From NCBI RefSeq assembly GCF_009914755.1, contig NC_060940.1: a stretch of DNA of 64,000 bases. One strand, given 5' to 3'. This stretch comes from the human T2T-CHM13v2.0 reference genome, Homo sapiens. Numbering within the stretch: the stretch's first letter is position 1; the number at the start of each line of letters is the position of its first letter. The translations under genes were made by a program, and so were the position numbers. Shown one piece after another: positions 39,950-51,900 of this stretch. The notes beneath the pieces are model-generated. The model ran no database searches and was not told where the DNA came from. It saw nothing but the letters and a program-made list of their open reading frames with translations.

Positions 39950-42495
39950 CCTTATTAGATTAAGTTCCTAATAGAGTCTGGGTATTAGACTTTTGTTGGA
40001 TGCCTAGTTTGTAAATATCTTCTCTCATTCTGTAGGTTGTCTGTTTATTCTGTTTATAGTTTCTTTTGCTCTGCAGAAGCACTTTAGTTTAATTAGGTCT
40101 CATTTGTCTGTTTTTGTTTGTGTTGCAATTGTTTTTGACATCTTTGTCATAAAATCTTTGCCAGGGCCTATGTCTAGAATGTTATTTCCTAGGGTATCTT
40201 CCAGGGTTTTTACAGTTTTAGATATTACATTTAAGATTTTAATCCTCCTTGAATTAATTTTTGTACATGATGTAACAAAGGGGTCCAGTTTCTATCTTCT
40301 GCATATGGCAAGCCAGTTATCCCAGCATGAATTATTAAATGGAGAGTCCTTTCCTTTTTGCTTATTTTTGTCAACTTTGTTGAAGATTAGAGGGATGTAG
40401 GTGTGTGTCATTATTTCTGGGCTCTCTATTCCATTCCATTGGTCTATGTGTCTGTTTTTGTACCAGTACCATACTGTTTTGGTTACTGTAGACTTGTAGT
40501 ATAGTTAGAAGTTGGGTAACATGGTAGTATAGTTAAAAGTTGGATAACATGATGGCTTCAGCTTTGTTCTTTTTGCTTAGGATCGTCTTGGTGCTTCAGC
40601 CTCTTTTTTTGTTCCCTATTAATTTGAAAATAGTTTTTTCTAATTCTATGAAGAATGCCATTGGTAGTTGGATAGGAATAGCATTGAATCTGCAAATTGC
40701 TTTGGGCAGTATGGCCATTTCGACAATATTGTTTGTTCCTATTCATGAACATAAAATGTTTTTCCATTTGTTTATGTCATCTTTGATTTCTTTGAGCAGT
40801 GTTTTGTAATTCTCATTTTAGAGTTATTTCACCTCTCTGGTTAACTGTATTCCTAGGTATTTCATCCTCTTTGTGGCTATTGGGAATGGTATTGTGTTCT
40901 TGATTTGGCTCTCAGTGTGGATGTTATTGGTGTATGGAAATGCTACTAATTTTTGTACATTGGTTTTGTATCCTGATACTTTGCAAAAGTGGTTAATCAG
41001 ATCTAGTGGGAGCTTTGGGGCAGATACTATAGTGTTTTCTAAGTATAGAAACATATCTGCAAATGGAGATAATTAGACTTCCTCTTTTCCTATTTTGATA
41101 CCCTTTATTTCTTTCTCTTGCTTGATTGCTCTGGCTAGGACTTCCAGTACTATAATGTATAATGCTGAGAGTGAGGATCCTTGTCTTGTTCCAGTTCTCA
41201 AATGAAATCCTTTCAGCTTTTGCTCATTCAGTATGATGTTGGCCGTGGGTCTGTCATAGATTGCACTTATTATTTTGAGGTATGTTCCTTCAATGCCTGG
41301 TTTTTTGAAGATTTTTAACATGAAGGAATGTTGAATTTTATCAAAAGTCTTTTTTCATCTATTGAAATGATCATGTGTTTTTTTTTAATTTTAGTTCTGT
41401 GTATGTGATGAATCACGTTTATTGATTTGCGTATGTTGAACCCATCTTGCATCTCAGGGATAAAGCCTACTTGATTGTGGCAGATTAACTTTTTGATGTG
41501 CTGCTGGATTTTGTTTGCTTCTATTTTGTTTGCTTGTATTTTGTTGAAGATTTTTGCATCTATGTTCATCAAGGATATTGGCCTGAAGTTTTCTTTTTGT
41601 TGTTGTTGTTGCGCCTCTGCTACGTTTTGGTGTCAGGATGATGCTGGCCTTGTAGAAAGAGTTCAAAAGGAGTTCCTCCTCCTCAATTGTTTGGAATAGT
41701 TTCAGGAGGAATAGTATCTGCTCTTCTTTATACATGTGGTAGAATTCAGCTGTGAATCCATCTAATCCTGTACTTTTTCTGGTTAGCAGGCTTTTAATTA
41801 CTGATCCAATTTTGGACCTCATTATTTGTCTCTTTAGGGTTTCAATTTCTTCCTGGTTTAATATTTCCAGGAATTTATCCATTTATTTAGTTTTTCTAGT
41901 TTGTGTGCATAGAGGTGTTTTAATAGCCTCTAAGGGGTTTTTGGTATTTCTTTGGTGTCAATAGTAACATCCCCTTTGTCATTTCTGATTATGTTTTTTT
42001 GGATCGTCTCTCACTTTTTCTTTATTAATCTAGCTAGTCGTCTACCCATCTTATTTTTTCCTTCATTAAACCAACTTCTGTTTTTTTGATCCATTTTTTG
42101 TGTCTCAATTTTCTTTAGTTCAGCTATTATTTTGTTTATTTATTTTCTTCTGCTAGCTTTGGGTTTTATTTGCTCTTGTTTCTCTAGTTCCGTGAGGTGT
42201 GATCTTCAGTTGTTAATTTGAGATCTTTCAAACTTTTTGATGTGAGTGTTATAGTGCTATAAACTTCCTCCTAAACACTGTATTAGCTGTGTCCCAGAGA
42301 TTCTGGTATGTTGTATGTTTGTTCTCATTGGTTTCAAAGAATTTCTTGATTTCTGCCTTAATTTCATTGTTTATCTAAAAGTAATTCAGGAGAAGATTAT
42401 TCAATTTCCATGTGATTGTATAGTTTTGAGCAACTTTCTTAGTATTGATATCTGTTTTTATTGTACTGTGGACCGAGTATGTTTGTTGCAATTTC

Positions 42496-42497
<2 letters not shown>

Positions 42498-42553
<56 letters not shown>
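42498..42553. repeat. Uninterrupted T56 tract
   Basis: Directly visible. Confidence 0.95.
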
Positions 42554-42557
<4 letters not shown>

Positions 42558-43276
42558 AGCTAAGGATTGTTTTATGGCAAATTGTGTGGTCAATTTTAGA
42601 ATACATGCCACGTGTAGATGAGAAGAACGTATATTCCATTGTTTTGGGGTGAAGAGTTCTGTAGATACCTGTAAGGCTTATTTGGTAAAGTGTTGAGTTC
42701 AGGTCCTGAATATCATTGTTCATTTTAGGCCTTGATGATGTATCTAATATTGCCAGTGGTTTGTTGAAGTCTCCCACTATTATTGTGTGATTATCTAAGT
42801 CTCTTCACAAGTCTATAAGAACTTGAATTATGGGTCTGGGTGCTCTCGTGTTGGACGCATATATATTTAGGATAGTTAGGTCTTCTTTTTGACCTTTACT
42901 ATTAGGTAATGACTTTCTTTGTCTTTTTTGATTATTGTTGGTTTAATGTCTGTTTCACCTTAAGTTAGAATAGCAACCTTGCTTTTTTTCTGCTTTTCAT
43001 TTCCTTGGTAATTTTATCTCCATTCCTTGACTTTGAACCTATGGATGTCATTGCATGTGAGATGGATCTCTTGAAGGCACCATACAGTTGAGTCTTGTAT
43101 CTTTATCCAACTCGCCACTCCGTGCCTTTTAATTGGGTCATTAACCCATTTACATTCAAGGTTAACATTGACATGTGCAGATTTGATCCTGTTATCATGT
43201 TGTTAGGTGGTTATTACGCAGACTCGATTGTGCCGTTACTTTATACTATCAATTTTCTATACACTTAAGAGTGTGC

Positions 43277-43552
43277 TTTTTTTTTTTTTTAGATGTAGTC
43301 TTGCTCTGTCACCCAGGCTGGAGTACAGTGGCATGATCTTGGCTCACTGCAACCTCTGCCTCCCAGGTTCAAGCCTCCCAAGTAGCTGAAATAACAGGTG
43401 CCCACCACCACACCCAGCTAATTTTTTAATTTTTAGTAGAGACAGGGTTTCACCATGTTGGCCAGGCTGGTCTTGAACTTCTGAACTTGTGATCTGCTTG
43501 TCTCGGTCTCCCAGTGTGCTGGGATTACAGGCATGAGCCATTGTGCCTGGCC
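43277..43552 (-). mobile_element. AluS (Sg/Sc-like) inside the L1
   Basis: T tail, ends cctggcc; decayed TSD ttaag(a)gtgtg. Confidence 0.9.
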
Positions 43553-46500
43553 TTAAGTGTGTTTTTGTGGTGTCCAGTAATGGTCTTTCATGTCCATATT
43601 CAGCATTCCTTAAGTACCTCTTGTAAGGCAAGTCTGGTGGTGATGAATTTCTTTAGCATTTGCTTGTCTGAAAAGGATCTTCTTTCTCCTTTGGTGTTTT
43701 GCTGCATATGAAATTCTTTTTTAGAGTTGTGTGGGATTTTGTTTTTGTTTTTGTTTTTTCTGTAAGAATGCTGAATACATGCTCCATTCTCTTTTGGCTT
43801 GTAGGGTTTCTGCTGAATGACCCACTATTAGCCTAATGGGTTTTCCTATGTAGGCCACCTGTCCTTTCTCTCTAGTGGCCTATAATATTTTTTCTTTCAT
43901 GTTGCCCTTGGAGAATCTGAGCATTATGCAAACATTCTCTGCATCTCCTGAATTTGAATGTTAGCCTCTCTAGTGAGACTGGAGAAATTTTTATGGATAA
44001 TATTCTCAAATACATTTTCCAGTTGCTTGTTTTCTTTCCCTCCCTTTCAGGGAATTCAGTGAGTCATAGATTTGGTCTCTCCATATAATCCCATATTTCT
44101 CAGAGATTTTGTTCCTTCTTTTTAATTCTTTTTTTCTTTATTTTTATCTGAGTTACTTCAGAGAACCAACTAATCTTTGAGGTCTGAGATTCTTTCCTCA
44201 ACTTGGCCTATTCTGCTTTTAATTCTTGTGATTGTATTAGGAAATTCTGGCAGTGTGTATTTCAGCTGTATCAGATCAGGTTGTTTCTTTCTTATAATGG
44301 CCATTTTGTGTGTCTGCTCCTGTATCATATTACTGTAATCCTTAGATTCCTTGGATTAGGTTTTGACTTTCTCCTGACTCTCAATTATCTTCATTCCCAT
44401 CCTTATTCTGATTTTTATATCTGTCATTTCAACCTAGTTAAGAACCTTTGCTGAGGAACTAGTACAGTCATTTGGCAGAAAGAAGACACTCTGCCTTTTT
44501 TGAGATGCCATAGTTTTGCACTGGTTCTTTCTCATCTGTGTTGGCTGATGTTCTTGTAACTGTGGTATAATTTGAATACAGTCAGTTGACTTCTTTTATA
44601 GATATTTTCATAGGGCCAAGCCTTTATGCAAGTCTTTATTTGTAGCCAAATTCTTGTTCTTGATTTCATAGGAGGGTATGTTAGCAAAATATTTTTTGGT
44701 GTTGAAGTTTGGGCCATGATCCGGTAGATTAAGCATAATGGCTTGTAGGTAAGCTCTTGCTCAGCCATGTGGCTCCTCTGTATTTCCTCACATTTGCAGC
44801 CGTGCTCTCTCTGAACGCTCTGAAAGTGTGGGCTCCTCTCCCACTAGAGTCCTGGCTGCAGATCTTGAGTTGGCAATCCTGGGCTGCACACAGCAGCCCT
44901 GGGGCAGGCTTAGGCTTTTTGTTCCTTCCCCATTATGGAAGCAGCAGGGGAAGGGAGCTTAGCAGTGATTGTCACAGAGGACCTTTCACTTGTCTATTGG
45001 GGCTCCACCCCATAGAAATGTAGAGCCACTGCCAATCAGTGCGACTGGCCTCAGGTGGGGCAGCTGTGTTGTGGTTCCAAGCCAGAGGGCTCTGCTTGGT
45101 GAAGAGCAGGAGAGGTGAGTTGCTTGCTGGGGAGACAAACTGTCCTCTTCTTAGAGTGCCTGTGGTTTGCTGGAGGTGCAACTAAAGCACTCAGGGTGTT
45201 TGTTTCTTTCCCAGTACAAGGGCAGCAAGGGTAGTACCACTGCAGTGGCAGTGGCAGAGGGGCTCTCACTTGCCTCTGGGAACTGCATCTTAGAGAAATG
45301 CAGAGCCTCGGGTAATGGGAATGTTCAGCCAGGGGATGGGGTTGCTGAGATGCTGGCCTGAGCTGAGGGTCTTGCTTGGTGAAGAGCTAGAGGTTGAGAG
45401 CTCAAATGCAAGAGATACTGGGCTCTTCCACATGGTGGTTGAAGCATGCTGGAGGTGCCAGCACAGCAACCATGCTTTGTTCCTTCCCCAGCCCAAGGAC
45501 AGTAATGGCAGTACCACTGCAGCTGCAATGTCAGAAGGGCTACGGGTTGTCTCTGGGATTTCCTCCTCAAAGAAATGTGGAGCTACAACCAACTGAGGTG
45601 TTCAGGCAGGGGCAGGGTGGTTGTTCTAGGGGCCCAGGTGGAGAGGCCATGACAAGTGAGGAGTAGCAGGGGTGGGGACCTGCGTGCAAGATAGTCTGGC
45701 CACTTTTCCTGAAGGCAGCTATCCTGTGCTGTGGGTCCCTGTTAGTTCCTAATCACTGCACTCCATCCCAAGTCTGAGGGCAAGAGGAGCAAGGGCTTTA
45801 GGGCAGCAAAAAGAGTGGCCCACCTGCTACCTCTGGGAGCCCCATCCCAGGGAAGGGCAGAGCTGAGACCTCAGGTGGGGTTGGGGTAGCTAGCTGCACA
45901 GGGTCCTAGGCCAGTGGGCCTTGTCTGGTGAGATGCAGTGGAGGTGAGGCTTGCCATCTGTCTGCTGCTCAGCCCTGTGGATTCCACCTCTATCTTGGAG
46001 TCATATGAGGAAGCCATGGCTGGAGCTGCAGCCTCTGGGATTGTGGGTACCTGGGGATCCAAGTTTCCTGGGACTCTGTGTGTGCCTGATGGCGGCTCTG
46101 CTTAGACTTCACATAGCTCTCTGTCAGTCTGGAGGCCCTGGTGGAAGGGGGACACTGGGGATCTTCTGAGTCCAGGGTTGCAAAGTCCACAACAGAAGTG
46201 TGGGTACCCATGGAGTCTCAATCACTCACCATTTTTCCACAGTGGAGGGCCTCCCCTGGCTCTGGGCCATTCCTGGGTGGGGTGGTCGGCTGTCCTGTCT
46301 TGCTCTTCTCTGTTCTCCGTGGGGCCACATTGCTTCTTTGATGAATCCCAATGTGTCCACCTGGATATCCAGTTGGAGAGCTAGTGTTTACTTGCCACTC
46401 TTTCGTCCCTCCTGTGAGCAGTGAACACCAGCTCCTTCTAGTTAGCCATCTTGAATGTAATCACTTTGTAAATTTTCCAACATTACTTTTCACAACTTCT

Positions 46501-46805
46501 CCTAATGATATTTATTCCCTAGATAGCACATACCACATTCCTAAATTTATGAATGACATAGTCATAATTGGTTCAAAGAAGAATAGTATGTTTGTCCCAA
46601 AAACTAGAGTAAAAATTATAATTCTTTCAGCAACTAATTGTGTAACTTTGAAAAAGGTATTGTGCATATCTTTACAGCAGTTTCTTCTTTAATAATTTGT
46701 TAACAAGATATTTGAGGATATATTGTTGAGATTCTAATTGAAATATGTGTATACTCAGCATGTAGTAGACTCTTCCTAATGCCTCCTAATAAATAATCAT
46801 ATTAA

Positions 46806-46880
46806 ATACCTTGACTTCATCACCGCACATTATATACATGTAACAACATTTCTCATGTACTTCATACATTTATACAAAAA
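46806..46880 (+). mobile_element. Ultra-short L1 3' end (L1PB4/L1MA-like)
   Basis: ccttgacttcatcac...catgtaacaa...catgtac...tatacaaaaaaa; TSD aatcatattaa (46795-805 / 46881-891). Confidence 0.75.
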
Positions 46881-46942
46881 AATCATATTAATAATAAGTA
46901 TCAGTCTTTGTATGAAGAAACCACCATTTAATGCCAGGCTAA

Positions 46943-47249
46943 TTTTTTTTTTTTTTTCTTGAGACAGGGTTTCTCTCTGTCACCCAGGCTGAAGTGCAGT
47001 GGTCCAATCTTGGCACGCTGCAACCTCCCTCTCCCAGACTCAGGTGATCCTCCCACCTCAGCCAACCAATCTCAGTAGCTGGGACTACAGGTCTATGCCA
47101 CCATGCTCAGCTGATTTTTGTGTTTTTTTGTAGAGATGGGGTTTTGCCATGTTGCCCAAACTTGTCTTGAACTGCTGGGCTCAAGCGATCCACCCACTTC
47201 AGCCTCCCAGAATGCTTGGGAGTATAGGTGTGAGCCACCACACCTGGCC
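46943..47249 (-). mobile_element. AluJ
   Basis: gagacagggt...ctcaggtgatcctcccacctcagcc...ctgggctcaagcgatcc; TSD caggctaa. Confidence 0.9.
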
Positions 47250-50149
47250 CAGGCTAAATTCCTTATTTGCATGAATATCAACATGGGTGCTATTACACAT
47301 ATTAACTCATTTTATGTTCATTGTGACACTAGCACTATCTCTGATTGTTTTAAATAAGTACCCACTAGTTCTAGAAGGTGATATATTTATAGTAGTAGCT
47401 AGTGTTTTTAGAGAATTTTAGTTTGACAAATCTATGGCAAGTGTATTACATGAAAGATCTTGACCAAAATTTGCAAACACCCTTGTATTACGTGCAAATA
47501 TTAGTACCATTTTATAGATGGTTAACCTTTGCTATCGACATTTTTGTTAAAATTTCCTTATTTCACAGAACTTGATCTGATATTTAAACTCAGATCTGCC
47601 TAAATCCAGACCTTCTGTGTTTAAATACTATGCTACACTGTTAAGCAAGAGCATTTTCCTTCTGCTATAATTATTGTGGGGTGCAAAAACATTTTAATAA
47701 AGTTTTTAACAATTAGTGTGAAAGAAGGGAGATTTGTAGTTTAATCTCAGGTGACACAATATTATAAAGGAAAATCTGTTGTCTGAGGATTTTGTTTAAT
47801 CAAAGATTTTTCTTTCCTTCTTTGTTCTGTTTAAGAGTCTCAGCTCACTATTACAATTCTTTTCAGAAACTAAGAGAAAAACAGGCTATAGAGTGGAATT
47901 TGTTTATGGAAAAGCATTCTACAATGCTGTCAGCTCAGCCGCTTGGTTGAAGAACTTACTATGTGAGTGGGAATTTAATGCTAACACCTTGGGACTCATT
48001 GTCCAACTGTGGGTTTTGTCAGGCAAACATATGCAGCCACTGGGAGAATGCATGTACTTTAGCAAGAACTTTTTAGAGTCATAGTTTGAAACTTACATGA
48101 GTCTAAAAGTGTCTTATTGCCTTCTCCTATATTGCTCGGACAGCAGACATAATTCATTCATACTTGCTGTAGCACTCATTCATGATTTGTGTTACATTTG
48201 GTCATAAAGTTTCTGACATACTTTTTATTAGATTTAATATAAGTTTCTCAATAAAGATTACACTCAGATTGTGAAATGGTAAACATATTTTGTTCAAGAT
48301 ACCCATTTATTATTTTTTTCTTTCCGGCCTGGTGTTTATTATTATTTTCTGCCTGCTCAAAATAATTTTGCCAATGAATATTTTGTCATGCTATATGACT
48401 ATGCATATCTTGAAGACAAAGGCCAAGTGAGCATGAACAATGACTGGGAAGAAGCTAATAAGAATTCAACGGAGAAGTAAAAAGCAAATCAGTCTTGGAT
48501 GCAGGGGACCTAAGATTTATGTTTTACTCAACCAGTAAGTAGATATGTTATGATATGGATGTCATTTTTACTCATGATACCTTAGTCACTCCTTCCCTCT
48601 CCTCCCTCCCAAGTATAATATAGACACTGATTGAGGTTATACTTTCCTAAATATGTCAAACAAAAGTGCTACTAGATCTTATGTCACTGCTGCTAAAGTT
48701 CTTCTGAAGTTGTCTATGCATTCTGGCAGTCTTATCTTCTGATCACAAAGGACTCTACTGAATTCTTATTATGGTTTTGTGTCTTCAGCCTCTCCTTTTG
48801 TGTCTTCAGCCTCCCCATCTTTTTATTAATCCAAAGGTAGAACTCATGCCCTTTTCCTGATTTCCACAATAAAACAATAAGAGAAACAACATCAACAACA
48901 GAAACATAAACTTCAACAATAGGTGGAAACATAATTTTTTCATTGCACAAATGTTTATAATGTTACGAAGTTTTTTGGAGGAGAAGATATAAAATTCACA
49001 TCATCAAAAACCAACAACACAGAAATAAAAGTTAGGCTAAAATATTAGATAATCCTGTGCTTGGAAATCGGCAGAAAACGTGGCAACAACTATCAAGTAA
49101 TTTATCTACTTAATTGTATTTTCTCCCTGTAATTTCTCTTCCCCCCCCACATTAATTTCTCTACTTTTTCTTGTCTCACCCCTCACCAGACGATGTCTCT
49201 TATGTTTCTATATTCCTCCCTCCCAACCCCTTTTCCCCATAGCATTAATTACTTCTAAGAAAACACATAATTTATTCATTTATTTATTAGATTTATCATT
49301 GTTATATCTTCAACCCACATACCTAGTCAAATTTAAGCTATAAGAAGACAAAGCTGTTTGTCTTTACATTTAACCACTTATGGCAATTCTTTACACAGAA
49401 TAGTCATTCAAGAAACATTTATTCAATGAAGGAAGAAACAGATTGCTATTGGAAACTAAATTATTCTACACAGAGCAATTCGACACATCAATATACTCCA
49501 TTAAAACTGAAAATCCTCTTTTATTTCTTTACTTGCACTTTTTTACTTATTTCCTTTTTTCTTAAAAGTCGCCATTGTTAAAATTCGGTTTTGTTCTGAG
49601 TAATTTTTTTCTCTCTTTCTCTGTTTCTTGTTTGTTTGGTTGGTTTTTGGCTATTCTATGTGTAGTATCTGCCTTGATCCATGATTGATCCATGATAAAG
49701 TACATCAGGAGGCAGGCACTAACCTCATGTGTATCAATATTATACATTCTACAATATATTATACATAAACACGATTTCTTCTAGAGCACCTTCCTAGAGG
49801 AGTGACCACTTTTAACCTGCACACTTGTAAGAGCTGTTTTCTCTACTCTTGCCTTGTTTTGCCTCTTTAGTCTCACATGAGACAATAAAACTCTTCAAAG
49901 AAAGAAGCAGATATTGCAGAACCAAAACAGGAAGGTAATTCCACATGTATTAATCACCTGTGCTGAAAAGTGGACTTCCAGCAAGAACCTCTCCCCTCCA
50001 CAGAAGACAATGCTGGGCATCCTCATCCATAGTCAAGCATGCTTTAATTATACCACCAGCATATTTTAAAGCACATTCTGTACTACCTTCATACATCTGT
50101 GGGCATTAATAAAATTGTCTCACATTTTAAAATTATCTATTTCCAAAGA

Positions 50150-50410
50150 CTGCAGTGTAGTGTTTAATAATATGGGTTTTAAAAATGAAAAAAAAAATTA
50201 AATTCTGTTTCGGAAACCTTGTGTTCAATTCTATATAAAAACTAGTATAAATTGAGTGTGTTGCCTATCTGCTTACCATTTCCCTAAAACATAATATAAG
50301 GCTAATAATGCTGCTTCTATCAAGAGATTTTGTGAGAAGTGTGGATGAGACAACACATGTAAATTCTTAGCAAATCACTTGCCATAGTAAAATCTCATTA
50401 AATAAAATCT
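50150..50410 (+). mobile_element. MIR fragment
   Basis: Diverged MIR (gattttgtgaga...catgtaaattcttagca). Confidence 0.5.
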
Positions 50411-50954
50411 ACCACTTTTGTACATATGCAATGACCCCTCTGCATACCATTTTCAAAGCAGAGGTACAAATTTTGTTTTGAATTCTATCAGTAATTTAAA
50501 ATGAGGAATCTACCTCTTTGCAGCAAACTTGCGTGTGTGCACATACGTGCATGACAAAAACATTATTAAACTATCTAAAATCTCTTCTTAAAATTCCAAT
50601 ATGCAGAAAGCAGAAGGCCAGAGTCTTGCCTATTTTTGACAAAATTTAAAAACTTAGAAAACCTATTTGAGGAAAATAAGAGAACATGAAAATAATTTTG
50701 CCAATTTTTATGGTGAAAATCTGGAACATTTAATGTGGCAAAGCAGCGAAAATGAAGGAGAGGATGTAAAGAATTATGAATGATTCTAGGTTCTTGTCAA
50801 TTCGGAGATCTAAAGTTCATTTTAGTGATGCTGTCCATTGGCAGATATGTGATTTTAGTGTATTTTCTTCTCTCTGATCAAACTCCTGTCTTTTTACAAT
50901 CTTATCTCCTTACAGTTCTCCTCTCTATTTCATTCTTTTTCTAACTCTCAGTAT

Positions 50955-51195
50955 GCTATAGTGGTTACTGGCACAGAATCCGGTGTCAGATGACCTGGGT
51001 TCTGATCCTCGGTAAACTACTTGTTTGTTGTTTATAATAGGGCACATTATTCATTCTTCTATTTCCCTTAGTTTCTTCATGTACAAGCTAAACTTATGTT
51101 TAAGGATTTGTGCTAAAAAAAAAAATGAGTTAACATATGTAGCATGCTTAGAAGAGGACCAGCCATATAGAGAATAATGAGTAATATTAGCTATT
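50955..51195 (+). mobile_element. MIR
   Basis: gtcagatgacctgggttctgatcctcgg...cttagtttcttcatgtacaa. Confidence 0.65.
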
Positions 51196-51199
51196 AATG

Positions 51200-51900
51200 T
51201 GGTATATTTTGATATCTGGCATGGCAAGCTTCCCTTTCTCAGTTTCACACTATTTCAAATAAAAATTGAGTATTCTATTTTCTTTCTTATTTTACATGAA
51301 ATGTAACAATGTATTCAAGTTTCTTCCAAATCTCATTAACCCTATTGTGATTTTCATTGGAATTATATTAAATCCATGTATCAGTAGTGAAGAATCAACT
51401 TTTAATTGCTATTAATTACCCCCAAATCTAGCAAGAAATATAGTATAACCCTCAATTTATTAATATCTTTTTAAGGTCCCTAAACACATTTTATATGTAC
51501 TTTATACATGCCCTACATATTCTGTTATTTTTAATATATGTTTTACTTTTGCAGAAGTCTTTTTATTACTTCTGAACCAATCTTTGTGGATGTTCAGGAA
51601 AGCTATTGCTTTATCTTTCTGTGTGTTATAAACTCTAAGCACTCTGAATTTCATTTTATTAATATAATTGGTTTCCAGTTGGTTCAGTGACATCCTCCAA
51701 GATTATCATACCATCTACAAATACTGAAATTTGTCTTCTTCCTCTAGTTTTGTAATTAACATCTATTTCTTTCCTCACAGCAATTTAGAGTGTTAGAATA
51801 ATGTAAATTAAAGTATATACCTGTATTAGCTATTATTCATTTTATCCTGATTCCAATATAATTATCCTGAGTTTTGTTTCCCCTGTTGAATAAAATATAG
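51200..51900 (-). mobile_element. Ancient L1ME-like remnant
   Basis: gattttcattggaattatattaaatcc...gctattgctt...ataccatctacaaata. Confidence 0.5.

Larger units (their letters stand above)
39065..46460 (-). mobile_element. Full-length L1PA15/16-type element (decayed)
   Basis: 3' end caggggtacatgtg...ggggtttggtgtac; ORF2 pieces ([32 protein letters not shown]); ORF1 region; GC-richer 5' UTR ending agccatcttg. Confidence 0.9.

Noticed and set aside
44757-46692. Cluster of overlapping ORFs in GC-richer DNA, possible promoter or CpG island
   Set aside because: L1 5' UTR; CpG-depleted, and the ORFs reflect low stop-codon density
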